Source: a virus. Taken from it: 64,000 bases of DNA. Both the position numbers and the translations under genes were made by a program. The notes beneath the pieces are model-generated. The model worked only from the letters and a program-made list of their open reading frames with translations. It had not been told where the DNA came from and made no database searches. The stretch is from positions 69,234-133,233 of the IMG/VR virus record IMGVR_UViG_3300042319_001830. One strand, given 5' to 3'. Below, piece after piece: positions 19,987-27,984 of this stretch (position 1 is the first letter of the stretch; every line of letters begins with the position of its first letter).

Positions 19987-20367
19987 CTCCATAACAGAGT
20001 CAAAGAAGTTGATATTGGCTTTATCTGTTTTGTATACCTTTATATCATCGTCTTCCAAGTTGAAGTATTTACGGGATCGTTTGTACATCTTTGTTGCTAT
20101 ACCCGCTCGTCTATAAAGACGTTTGATATATACCATAAATTCAAAATATCCTCTAACACCTATTTTTTTCTTTAGTCGTATAATAGACCATCCTACTATT
20201 TTACCATTCTCTTTGGCTAAGTATACTCTATTTGGTATTTTTTTATCTGGGGTACAACATTCAACATACACCGAATATATTGATCCTGAAGACACTAACT
20301 TTCCACAGCTCTTTTCTTCAAAGAGCGTTAAGTCCTTGGCTTCTTTAGAATAAATTCTAACGGGCAC
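19981..20367 (-). CDS. GNAT acetyltransferase
   Basis: VYIKRLYRRAGIATKM acetyl-CoA motif; terminal N..FF. Confidence 0.7.
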   Translation of the reverse strand: MPVRIYSKEAKDLTLFEEKSCGKLVSSGSIYSVYVECCTPDKKIPNRVYLAKENGKIVGWSIIRLKKKIGVRGYFEFMVYIKRLYRRAGIATKMYKRSRKYFNLEDDDIKVYKTDKANINFFDSVMES

Positions 20368-20370
20368 ATA

Positions 20371-21336
20371 TTATAAATATGATTTGACCGTTTCCAAAAT
20401 AGCAATATCAAATTTAGTTGTGTTAAATTGAGGAAACTCCATCTTGAAATCACGATTGTCTATACCGTATCTACCATCGTGTCCTTTGCGATCCTCAACA
20501 TATTTAAACCACTCCCAGTCTACTTCTATACCAGTTATAGTACTGTATACATCTTTAATCGTGTGTATTAGATCATAGTTAGACAGTTCGTTATCAGAAC
20601 CTATCAAATACTGATTTCCTATTTTACCATCTAATAGTACGCATATAATTGCATTAACGTGGTCCTTGACATAGATCCAATCTCTTACATTTGAACCGTT
20701 GCCATATAAAGGTATAAAATCTTTATTAATCAATTTCTGAATACATACAGGAATCATTTTCTCAGTGTATTGTCTGGATCCAAAATTGTTGCTGCAGTTA
20801 GTAATTATTGATGGAAAATTGTAAGTTTTGTTATAACTTCTAACCAATAAATCACTAGCAGCTTTAGTAGCAGCATATGGATTATTTGCTCGGTAAGGAC
20901 TATCCGTTGTAAAAGATGATTCTTTGTGATTTAATGAACCATACACTTCATCCGTAGATATATGAATAAATTTCTTTATATTTGTACCCTTGAATATTTC
21001 CAATAAATTAAAAGTTCCGATAATATTTGTTTCAATGAACTTTTTTGGGCCTTTAATAGAATTATCCACGTGTGATTCAGCCGCAAAGTGAATTACATAA
21101 TCTAAGTTTAACGAATCAATATATTTCTTTTGATCTGGAAAATAAGGTGCAGCGATGTCCAGTGATAGTCTACGATATCTAGGATCATTTTGAAAAGGGA
21201 GTTTTTTATTTGCTGCGTAAGTACCGCAATCAATGTTGTATATCATAACAACATCATCTCTTTTTAGAATTTCTTCTATAAAGTGACTTCCAATAAATCC
21301 ACATCCACCTGTTACTAATATATTCATATGGTCCAA
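20371..21336 (-). CDS. rfbB: dTDP-glucose 4,6-dehydratase
   Basis: TGGCGFIG, FAAESHVDNS, STDEVYG, YAATK, RDWIYV and DRKGHD motifs. Confidence 0.93.
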   Translation of the reverse strand: MDHMNILVTGGCGFIGSHFIEEILKRDDVVMIYNIDCGTYAANKKLPFQNDPRYRRLSLDIAAPYFPDQKKYIDSLNLDYVIHFAAESHVDNSIKGPKKFIETNIIGTFNLLEIFKGTNIKKFIHISTDEVYGSLNHKESSFTTDSPYRANNPYAATKAASDLLVRSYNKTYNFPSIITNCSNNFGSRQYTEKMIPVCIQKLINKDFIPLYGNGSNVRDWIYVKDHVNAIICVLLDGKIGNQYLIGSDNELSNYDLIHTIKDVYSTITGIEVDWEWFKYVEDRKGHDGRYGIDNRDFKMEFPQFNTTKFDIAILETVKSYL

Positions 21337-22190
21337 TTATTAATGCAATAATCAATTGCTTCATCTGCTGTTCTCATTTTAATTCCAGTTGATAACAATT
21401 TCTCATTGCTCATCACACAATTGGATCTGGGTGTTTTAGCTACATTCTTATAAAAGTCACCTTCTTCTATGAAGTTAAAAGTTTTATCTTTTGCAATTGT
21501 ATTTTTAAACTTTTCTGTCATACTCTTAGTTGTGATATAACCGCCGTTAGTCACATTGTACGTGCCATATGGAACCTGTTTAATAATAGTTTGAATACAA
21601 GCACTTACAAATTCTTGTTTGTTACTTACACTATTTTCAGCATCCAATAGTTTCTCATACTTTAATATTTTACTTATATAATTTCTAGAATTATCAAACT
21701 CTTCAAATGGAATCCGCAGTCTCCAAATATAGTGCTTTTCCCACTTCTTCACCACTTGCTCACCTATTACTTTAGTACCACTATAAAAACTACAGTTATT
21801 TTGCGCAAAACTAAAGTTTGGCGCATCTTCTTCAGTAAAAGGAGTACCATCAACACGTCTACCTTCATATATACAACCACTTGAAACATGCGCTAATGGT
21901 ATATCGTTTAACATACACCAATCAGTTAATATTTGCGGCCATACAATATTGCCGTGAATAGTGTCATCCTTGTGTAATTCGCAGTTATCCACGTTGGGTT
22001 TACCAGTATATCCAGCAGCATTTATTACAGCGCCTATAAGCGGATAACCAGTTTCATCATACCATTTTTCTAAATCTGCAAAAGTAGTAGTTTTTGCATT
22101 TGGCCAAAGAAAAACAGGTAGCTTTAATTCAGCTAATTGCTTTTTAAATTCACTTCCTACATAACCATTTGATCCGAATAATATAATCAT
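21324..22190 (-). CDS. NDP-4-keto-6-deoxysugar reductase, RmlD-like, possibly a bifunctional 3,5-epimerase/4-reductase
   Basis: GSNGYVG, AGYTGKPNVD.CE, SSGCIY, FYSGTK and LRIP motifs. Confidence 0.8.
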   Translation of the reverse strand: MIILFGSNGYVGSEFKKQLAELKLPVFLWPNAKTTTFADLEKWYDETGYPLIGAVINAAGYTGKPNVDNCELHKDDTIHGNIVWPQILTDWCMLNDIPLAHVSSGCIYEGRRVDGTPFTEEDAPNFSFAQNNCSFYSGTKVIGEQVVKKWEKHYIWRLRIPFEEFDNSRNYISKILKYEKLLDAENSVSNKQEFVSACIQTIIKQVPYGTYNVTNGGYITTKSMTEKFKNTIAKDKTFNFIEEGDFYKNVAKTPRSNCVMSNEKLLSTGIKMRTADEAIDYCINNWTI

Positions 22191-23029
22191 AATAATTTAT
22201 TTAAATATTTTTTATACTCACTAGTTGGTAATTTTTCTATAAGCGCTTTAAGCTGCTCTTTGCTTATATACTTGCGCTTGAAGCACTCTTCTTCTATACA
22301 TCCTATTTTAATTCCTTGTCTTGATTGAATAGTTTGTATATAAGCACCACTTTCAAATAATGTTTCAGCACTTCCAGCATCTAACCACGCAGTGCCTTTA
22401 GCAAATTTTACAGCGGTAAGCTGCTTCTTGTCAAGATATATTAAGTTCAAATCAGTTATTTCAATTTCACCTCGACTGGAAGGTTTAAGCGATTTAGCAT
22501 ACTGAACTACCTTTTTATCATAAAAATATAAGCCTGGTACCGCATAATTACTTTTAGGCTCAGCAGGCTTTTCTTCTATGCTTATTACACGGTCTTCATT
22601 ATCAAATTCAATAACTCCATAAGCTTTAGGATCATTAACTTCATAACCAAAAATAACCGCTCCTTCAAGTAAAGGCTTGACTCTGGGCATTCCGTGGAAT
22701 ATATTGTCTCCTAGTATAAGAGCAACATTATCATCATCAATAAAGTCTTCGGCTATAATAAAACTTTCAGCTATGCCTCTGGGCTTATATTGTACTTTAT
22801 AAGTAATTTTAACACCTAACTGACTGCCGTCTTCAAATAACTTTTCATAAGAAGGTAAATGTTCAGGAGAAGAAATAATGCAGAAATCTTTGATGCCACA
22901 CGATAATAATGTGCAAAATGGATAATAAATCATTGGCTTGTCATATACAGGCAATAATTGTTTATTTATCGTACTGGTTAATGGATATAATCTACTGCCA
23001 GTACCCCCCGCTAAAATAATTCCCTTCAT
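22187..23029 (-). CDS. rfbA: Glucose-1-phosphate thymidylyltransferase
   Basis: GIILAGGTGSRLYP, KQLLPVYDKPMIYYP, LGDNIF, EEKP and WLDAG motifs. Confidence 0.95.
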   Translation of the reverse strand: MKGIILAGGTGSRLYPLTSTINKQLLPVYDKPMIYYPFCTLLSCGIKDFCIISSPEHLPSYEKLFEDGSQLGVKITYKVQYKPRGIAESFIIAEDFIDDDNVALILGDNIFHGMPRVKPLLEGAVIFGYEVNDPKAYGVIEFDNEDRVISIEEKPAEPKSNYAVPGLYFYDKKVVQYAKSLKPSSRGEIEITDLNLIYLDKKQLTAVKFAKGTAWLDAGSAETLFESGAYIQTIQSRQGIKIGCIEEECFKRKYISKEQLKALIEKLPTSEYKKYLNKLL

Positions 23030-23070
23030 CCCTTATATCTATTTTTTATATTTTGAAATAATTTTTTATA

Positions 23071-23099
23071 TTGACAAAATCCATAGTTTGGTGTAGACT
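23071..23099 (+). promoter_or_regulatory. sigma70-type early promoter
   Basis: TTGACA-17nt-TAGACT, 8 nt before ATG 23108. Confidence 0.75.
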
Positions 23100-23107
23100 T
23101 TTATTAT

Positions 23108-23341
23108 ATGGAAGTAGAACTAACAATTAAAGATAAAGCGACCCCCCCCGCCATTATTCAACACGATGATCTTAAGTTTGATGGTAAAACAATTACCATT
23201 CCAGGTTATTATGTTAATACCATCTTAGACTATATTAAATATTGGAAACTTGATGGTGAAAAACAAGTAGACGTTGAAGATTACGTTTTATTTCGTAATT
23301 TTCTTTATGATATTCAAGAACACAAAAATCAAGGAAACTAA
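23108..23341 (+). CDS. Hypothetical early protein
   Basis: Directly behind the promoter. Confidence 0.6.
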   Translation: MEVELTIKDKATPPAIIQHDDLKFDGKTITIPGYYVNTILDYIKYWKLDGEKQVDVEDYVLFRNFLYDIQEHKNQGN

Positions 23342-23344
23342 TTT

Positions 23345-23929
23345 ATGGGAATGTTCGATGACATAGTATGTAAGTATCCACTTCCGTTTCCGGAAGATAC
23401 TAAGGGATATATTCCTAATGGATTTCAAACCAAAGATTTAGATTGCGGATTGGATTCTTATGAAATCCGTGAAGATGGCACACTATGGTTGCGTGAATGC
23501 GAACGAGAACACATTGAAGGTGATCCAAATGGTAAAACGTTTTCTGAAAAGTTTGGTATTATAAAAGAAATCAAACATTGGTGGACTCATGTAAAAACAA
23601 CCAGAACCATTCGTATGTATGATTATCAAAATAATGATGGCGGTGTATATGACTATTGGGTTGAATTTGAAGTTGTATTTATTGACGGAGTTATTGACAA
23701 GATTAAATTAATTAAGTTTGAAATAAACGATAACACCAAAAGAAAAGAACTCCATAAACAACATATGGAAGAACTCAAAAAACAAAAAGCGGTTGAATCT
23801 GCTATGTTTTATAAATTAATCATCAAACCATATAATAAAATTATTAGATTTATCTGTAGATTGATATATAAATTTGGTTCCTTTTTGATTGCTAAAGTTT
23901 GGAAATTGGAACGTATACTAAGTATATGA
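23345..23929 (+). CDS. Conserved phage hypothetical protein
   Basis: MGMFD.I.C...FQTKDL.C.L..Y.I..DG.L motif. Confidence 0.65.
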   Translation: MGMFDDIVCKYPLPFPEDTKGYIPNGFQTKDLDCGLDSYEIREDGTLWLRECEREHIEGDPNGKTFSEKFGIIKEIKHWWTHVKTTRTIRMYDYQNNDGGVYDYWVEFEVVFIDGVIDKIKLIKFEINDNTKRKELHKQHMEELKKQKAVESAMFYKLIIKPYNKIIRFICRLIYKFGSFLIAKVWKLERILSI

Positions 23930-24186
23930 AAGATCAAGATTCAATATTTCTAATTTGTGATTGTTTTGAACACGGACTTCTTGTAGAAAAATTCAAAGAT
24001 GAAGAAGAAGTATCTTTGAGTTTATTTGAACGAGGACTCAATGGCAGAACACTATGTTGGTCAGAAAGACTAAGATGGTGTTGGCAAATTCTAAGATATG
24101 GCAAACCTTGGTCTGATTTTATCATCTTAAATACCGAAAACCAAAAACAATTAAAGGATTTTCTAAATGAAGTTCAAAAACTTTGA
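23926..24186 (+). CDS. Hypothetical protein
   Basis: ATGA overlap; CDC..H and W..RLR..W..LR.G. Confidence 0.6.
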   Translation: MKDQDSIFLICDCFEHGLLVEKFKDEEEVSLSLFERGLNGRTLCWSERLRWCWQILRYGKPWSDFIILNTENQKQLKDFLNEVQKL

Positions 24187-24436
24187 AGGTATTGAATATA
24201 CAGTCAATTATAACAAACCGTCGGGTAAATATAATGCTTCTGGTTTGTGTGATAACCCAGATATTAAAAATCCCGAAATACTTGTAGATCCAACATTATT
24301 AACACGTAGACAACTTAATGTATTGATTGAAGAAGTATTTCATGCACACTTATATGATTTACCAGAAAAGAAAGCACGTAAATTTGCAGCTAATTTAGGC
24401 AAATTAATTTACAATAGATTTTTGAAAAATGAATAA
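24167..24436 (+). CDS. Small zincin-like protein
   Basis: GLCD ... LIEEVFHAH, a degenerate HExxH. Confidence 0.5.
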   Translation: MKFKNFEGIEYTVNYNKPSGKYNASGLCDNPDIKNPEILVDPTLLTRRQLNVLIEEVFHAHLYDLPEKKARKFAANLGKLIYNRFLKNE

Positions 24437-24587
24437 AGTTATAGACTTGACAGTTGGATTAGTATTTGGTAGTATATTTGCAATAGTCCTATTGATAGTA
24501 CTCACAATATTCTTTGTGATATTGGTACCATTTGTATTTTACTTTACAGTAAAAGAAGTATTAAAAGCTCTAACAAAAACTAAATAA
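24429..24587 (+). CDS. Small membrane protein (52 aa, not in ORF track)
   Basis: MNKVIDLTVGLVFGSIFAIVLLIVLTIFFVILVPFVFYFTVKEVLKALTKTK*; fills the gap between neighbours. Confidence 0.55.
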   Translation: MNKVIDLTVGLVFGSIFAIVLLIVLTIFFVILVPFVFYFTVKEVLKALTKTK

Positions 24588-24591
24588 ACAT

Positions 24592-25110
24592 ATGAAACAT
24601 ACACCAAATATAGTAAGTAAAAATATTATTATTACTTACGCACAGAAAATTCGAAGTGTTCAATCAGAACAAATTGACCCATATATTGAGTTAATTGAAC
24701 AAGAATTAATTAAAATCTACCCAGAACTAAAAGATCGTGAAGATAATGCATTGAACTGGGCATATGACATTATCAATGAAACATCCAATAACGATGTAGT
24801 AGAAACACTAAATAGATTGGATGGTATTGTTACTAATGAACGAAAATCACAATGGATATGTGATCATTGTGGTAAAAATACGTATAATGATGACTGTGAG
24901 TATCTATTTGGCAAAAATCATATTGGATGCGTGCTATCAGAAGATATTAAGAATAGGGAACATTCAGATCCAGACTATATTTTAGATTCAAACCTCAGAA
25001 AGTTCACTGAACTTGAATCCGAACTACGACATACTAAACGACAACTTGTTAATCTGGAGCTAAAACTTGAACGTCTACGAGGAGATTATCCTCACGAACC
25101 AACTAACTAA
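24592..25110 (+). CDS. Hypothetical protein with CxxC/HxxC motif and coiled coil
   Basis: CDHC...HIGC. Confidence 0.6.
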   Translation: MKHTPNIVSKNIIITYAQKIRSVQSEQIDPYIELIEQELIKIYPELKDREDNALNWAYDIINETSNNDVVETLNRLDGIVTNERKSQWICDHCGKNTYNDDCEYLFGKNHIGCVLSEDIKNREHSDPDYILDSNLRKFTELESELRHTKRQLVNLELKLERLRGDYPHEPTN

Positions 25111-25116
25111 AATCTC

Positions 25117-25143
25117 AAGCGTACCGAGTGGTACGCTTTTTTT
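25117..25143 (+). terminator. Intrinsic terminator
   Basis: AAGCGTACC-GAGT-GGTACGCTT followed by a T-run. Confidence 0.85.
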
Positions 25144-25144
25144 A

Positions 25145-25173
25145 TTGACATCCACCAAATCGTCGTATATACT
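25145..25173 (+). promoter_or_regulatory. sigma70-type early promoter
   Basis: TTGACA-17nt-TATACT, 8 nt before ATG 25182. Confidence 0.8.
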
Positions 25174-25181
25174 TTTTATAT

Positions 25182-25433
25182 ATGATTAAATGTGGATGTG
25201 GCAATGAAATTCATTCTGAACGATATGAACTTGGTTACAAAATTTGTTTGACATGTGGTGACAAATCCGCTAAACGTAGTCAAAAGTTTGGATATTTACA
25301 TTTTGGACACAAAACTGCGGGTAGCATTGTGATCACTACAAAGAAAGCATTTGATAACTATACCAAAGTATCATATCGTAAAGGAAAAGCCAGTAATATG
25401 GCATATGCCAGTCGTTTGAGTACTTCGTTTTAA
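25182..25433 (+). CDS. DksA/TraR-like C4 zinc-finger protein
   Basis: CGCGNEIHSERYELGYKICLTC. Confidence 0.55.
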   Translation: MIKCGCGNEIHSERYELGYKICLTCGDKSAKRSQKFGYLHFGHKTAGSIVITTKKAFDNYTKVSYRKGKASNMAYASRLSTSF

Positions 25434-25445
25434 TATTTATACTAT

Positions 25446-25697
25446 ATGACGGCATCATTTTATAAGACAGTATATCAACGTAAATTCAATGAAATGCCAC
25501 GTTGGAAACAGTTGGCAATTGTAGAGGATAGTACCCGCAATAATTGGAGCGGTCTACTTACAGATTTTGTTAAAGCTGTAATTGAAGAAGCTGAAAAAGA
25601 GTACGCTAACTCCAAATCAACAGTTTCAAACCCCCCAAATAAATACGTGTCCGAGACTGATAATAAGGTCAAAAAGACAATCAAGAAAAAGAGTTGA
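25446..25697 (+). CDS. Hypothetical protein
   Basis: TATTTATA upstream; co-directional. Confidence 0.55.
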   Translation: MTASFYKTVYQRKFNEMPRWKQLAIVEDSTRNNWSGLLTDFVKAVIEEAEKEYANSKSTVSNPPNKYVSETDNKVKKTIKKKS

Positions 25698-25722
25698 CTT
25701 ATTATAAAGTTCGTGGTATAGT
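25694..25722 (+). promoter_or_regulatory. sigma70-type promoter with extended -10
   Basis: TTGACT-17nt(...TGG)-TATAGT, 9 nt before ATG 25732. Confidence 0.75.
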
Positions 25723-25731
25723 AATCTTACT

Positions 25732-26274
25732 ATGAACGTTTTGGATCACTTAAAGAACAGTTCCGTGGACGATATTAAGTCCTACTGTAAAAACAATTGT
25801 ATTGATGCTAGCGTTGCTATGATGCACGTTAATGGCGATTTTAATCTATCCACTTTAGTCCGTAATGCCAACTTCTTTGGCTTCAAGGAAGCAATGTATG
25901 TAGGCGGAAGCAAACAGTGGGATCGTCGTGGTACTGTTGGTACACATCATTATACCGATTTAAATCATCTTAAGACTGAAGAAGAATTCGTACAGTATGT
26001 AAATGATAATGGTTATACACTACTCGCTGTAGAAAACAATATTCCCAAGTATAGTGATAAAACTGTTTCCATATTTAATCACTGGGTATTCAGTGGTGTA
26101 GATAAGCCAATGTTTGTATTTGGCGAAGAAAAGAGCGGATTGAGTGATTACATTCTTGACAATGCTGAAACTGTCATCACTATTCCAGCATATGGTAGTG
26201 TACGATCACTTAACGTGGGTACCACTAGCGGAATTGTAATGGGATTTTATCGCAACTATATTGATAACAATTAA
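25732..26274 (+). CDS. SpoU/TrmH-family (SPOUT) RNA 2'-O-methyltransferase
   Basis: FNLSTLVRNANFFG, FVFGEEKSGL and IPAYGSVRSLNV motifs. Confidence 0.88.
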   Translation: MNVLDHLKNSSVDDIKSYCKNNCIDASVAMMHVNGDFNLSTLVRNANFFGFKEAMYVGGSKQWDRRGTVGTHHYTDLNHLKTEEEFVQYVNDNGYTLLAVENNIPKYSDKTVSIFNHWVFSGVDKPMFVFGEEKSGLSDYILDNAETVITIPAYGSVRSLNVGTTSGIVMGFYRNYIDNN

Positions 26275-26280
26275 AATTAT

Positions 26281-26490
26281 ATGAGTACAAAATACATTAT
26301 GGATGGTAAAAATATCCGAATTGGATATGTTAAGGATAGTGGTAGCGTAATTTATGCACACGGCCCCAATGGTGAGAACGTAGGTTCTTACAACAAAAAC
26401 AACGATACTACGTTTGATCGCAACGGCAAGCGTTATGGTTTTGGCGATTTGACCAATGCTCTCGTTTTTGAGGCTGCTCGAAAGAATTAA
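26281..26490 (+). CDS. Small beta-rich hypothetical protein
   Basis: Repeated D/N-G-x-x-I/V-G turns. Confidence 0.55.
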   Translation: MSTKYIMDGKNIRIGYVKDSGSVIYAHGPNGENVGSYNKNNDTTFDRNGKRYGFGDLTNALVFEAARKN

Positions 26491-26500
26491 AAAAAGAACG

Positions 26501-26529
26501 TTGACATTTTTCAAAAGCCGTGGTAAGAT
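26501..26529 (+). promoter_or_regulatory. sigma70-type promoter with extended -10
   Basis: TTGACA-17nt(...TGG)-TAAGAT with an upstream A-tract. Confidence 0.8.
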
Positions 26530-26568
26530 AAGTTTGTAGTCGGTAAACATTAACAAAAAACAAAAAAT

Positions 26569-26841
26569 ATGAACAAGAACAAGACAGGCCGTAAGGCAAC
26601 CGTAGTAAACGAAATCACTGATCGCAATTTCACTATTGTTGATCTGGTTAATATCAACTCAACTGTGAAGGCGCCAACAATTCGGATGCACGTTAAGCGA
26701 AGTGTATCCGCTGGACGATACAAGATCAGTGGGTCGCAAAAGACTGGTAAGCGAGGTAAGCCAAGTCTAGTATATACATATGACGCAACTCCCGCTGTCA
26801 CATCAACCACTGTTGAATCTACTCAGACTTCTGCAAATTAA
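26569..26841 (+). CDS. Putative winged-helix DNA-binding protein
   Basis: FTIVDL...APTIRMHV...GKRGKPSLVY wing-like motif. Confidence 0.5.
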   Translation: MNKNKTGRKATVVNEITDRNFTIVDLVNINSTVKAPTIRMHVKRSVSAGRYKISGSQKTGKRGKPSLVYTYDATPAVTSTTVESTQTSAN

Positions 26842-26855
26842 ACAGTATCTAGATT

Positions 26856-26890
26856 AGGGATTAATAAAAAAAACTTGTTAATCCCTTTTT
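26856..26890 (+). terminator. Intrinsic terminator
   Basis: AGGGATTAA...TTAATCCCT followed by TTTT. Confidence 0.65.
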
Positions 26891-26919
26891 CTACCACTAT
26901 TTATTTTTAAAAGTAGTAT

Positions 26920-27075
26920 ATGGGAAAGTCATTCAAAGATCGTCGTTCACGCAGTGAAGGAAATTGGCGCAACAAATCAACCAAAAAGGTTAACAAAAAG
27001 TGGCAAAACACTGAGGTAAAACCATCACGGTACAATTCAAAATATGAAGACGAAGACAACTCAAACAGTAATTAA
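26920..27075 (+). CDS. Small charged protein (51 aa, not in ORF track)
   Basis: MGKSFKDRRSRSEGNWRNKSTKKVNKKWQNTEVKPSRYNSKYEDEDNSNSN*. Confidence 0.5.
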   Translation: MGKSFKDRRSRSEGNWRNKSTKKVNKKWQNTEVKPSRYNSKYEDEDNSNSN

Positions 27076-27226
27076 CAATCTTAAAGCGAAAATCGCAAGT
27101 AAAAATTTACAACTAACAGATCTATACGCAGAATATTACTATAAAGCTGCTATCAAACAAGCGGTAGATGAAAAGTTTGGTACTGAACCAAATCGTGATC
27201 TACTACGCTACGTCGAAAAAAAGTAA
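27044..27226 (+). CDS. Hypothetical protein
   Basis: Co-directional small ORF. Confidence 0.45.
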   Translation: MKTKTTQTVINNLKAKIASKNLQLTDLYAEYYYKAAIKQAVDEKFGTEPNRDLLRYVEKK

Positions 27227-27250
27227 ATTAAACATTTAAATAAAGGTTAT

Positions 27251-27538
27251 ATGAAAGATACTACACTCAAACAGTTGGTACGTGACCGCAATGGTCAACC
27301 CCGTGGTATGGTAGTTGCCACAGTAATCGATGGATCTATCCGATTTGGTTGGAGTCATACCAATACAAAAGCGGGTGATCGATTCGATAAATGCAAAGCA
27401 CTCACTATTGCTCTAGGTCGTGCTGAAAATGGTTGGGGTCCAAAAACAAATGTACCTGTTTCAACAATCAAAATTCTAAACAAGATGATTGATCGTTCCG
27501 TTCGATATTACAAAAATGTACCAGTCTACGGTATTTAA
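27251..27538 (+). CDS. Conserved small phage protein
   Basis: GWS.....D.FDK..AL.IA..RA motif. Confidence 0.6.
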   Translation: MKDTTLKQLVRDRNGQPRGMVVATVIDGSIRFGWSHTNTKAGDRFDKCKALTIALGRAENGWGPKTNVPVSTIKILNKMIDRSVRYYKNVPVYGI

Positions 27539-27555
27539 TTTAATTATTCATAAAT

Positions 27556-27888
27556 ATGGACAAGTATATTACTGACAATTTCACGGGGTCAATCGACGAT
27601 CTATTAAATCATTGTACAAACCTTGATATAGATAAAGTTGAAGCGCAAGTAAAAGTCGAAGAAAAAGAAGCTTGTATTCAAATAATTATGAAAGAAGCAA
27701 GCTGTGATGAATCAGAAGCTAATGTCATTTATAACGAAATTCTTTTGACAGAAACAAAAACAACCGTTGACAAAATGGTAGCTGACGGCATACTATATGT
27801 ATCAGGCCATAACGAAGATGGCGAACCACTGTTTAATCTGACCGAACTTGGTAAATCAGTTCGTAACGAACTAAACGACAACAAGTAA
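27556..27888 (+). CDS. Hypothetical protein, wHTH-like C-terminus
   Basis: MVADGIL...FNLTELGK. Confidence 0.55.
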   Translation: MDKYITDNFTGSIDDLLNHCTNLDIDKVEAQVKVEEKEACIQIIMKEASCDESEANVIYNEILLTETKTTVDKMVADGILYVSGHNEDGEPLFNLTELGKSVRNELNDNK

Positions 27889-27903
27889 AAACTATACTAT
27901 AAC

Positions 27904-27984
27904 GCTCCGGTAATGGCGGGGACTTCTAAGCCCTAAGTGCATAATTGGATGAAAATGGGGGTTCAATTCCCTCCCGGAGCGCCA
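27904..27984 (+). tRNA. Atypical D-armless tRNA-Arg(UCU)-like RNA
   Basis: Acceptor GCTCCGG/CCGGAGC, G73, CCA; T-arm GGGGG-TTCAATT-CCCTC; anticodon loop CT-TCT-AA; no D-arm; 22-nt extra region. Confidence 0.65.

Noticed and set aside
1-23029. Bacterial O-antigen or capsule locus, i.e. a cellular origin for the window
   Set aside because: The sugar genes are interleaved with phage-type genes, there are no wzx/wzy or transport genes, and the window contains homing endonucleases, a tRNA array and fibre genes.
24447-24475. TTGACA-17-TAGTAT promoter-like match
   Set aside because: It lies inside the small membrane-protein ORF. It may be real, but cannot be distinguished from chance in AT-rich DNA.
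27918-27935. Amber suppressor (CUA) reading of the atypical tRNA, and a recoded genome
   Set aside because: Centring the loop on CTA destroys the anticodon stem, while TCT fits. Genes are intact in code 11, and TAG serves as a normal stop at 7502 and 17421.
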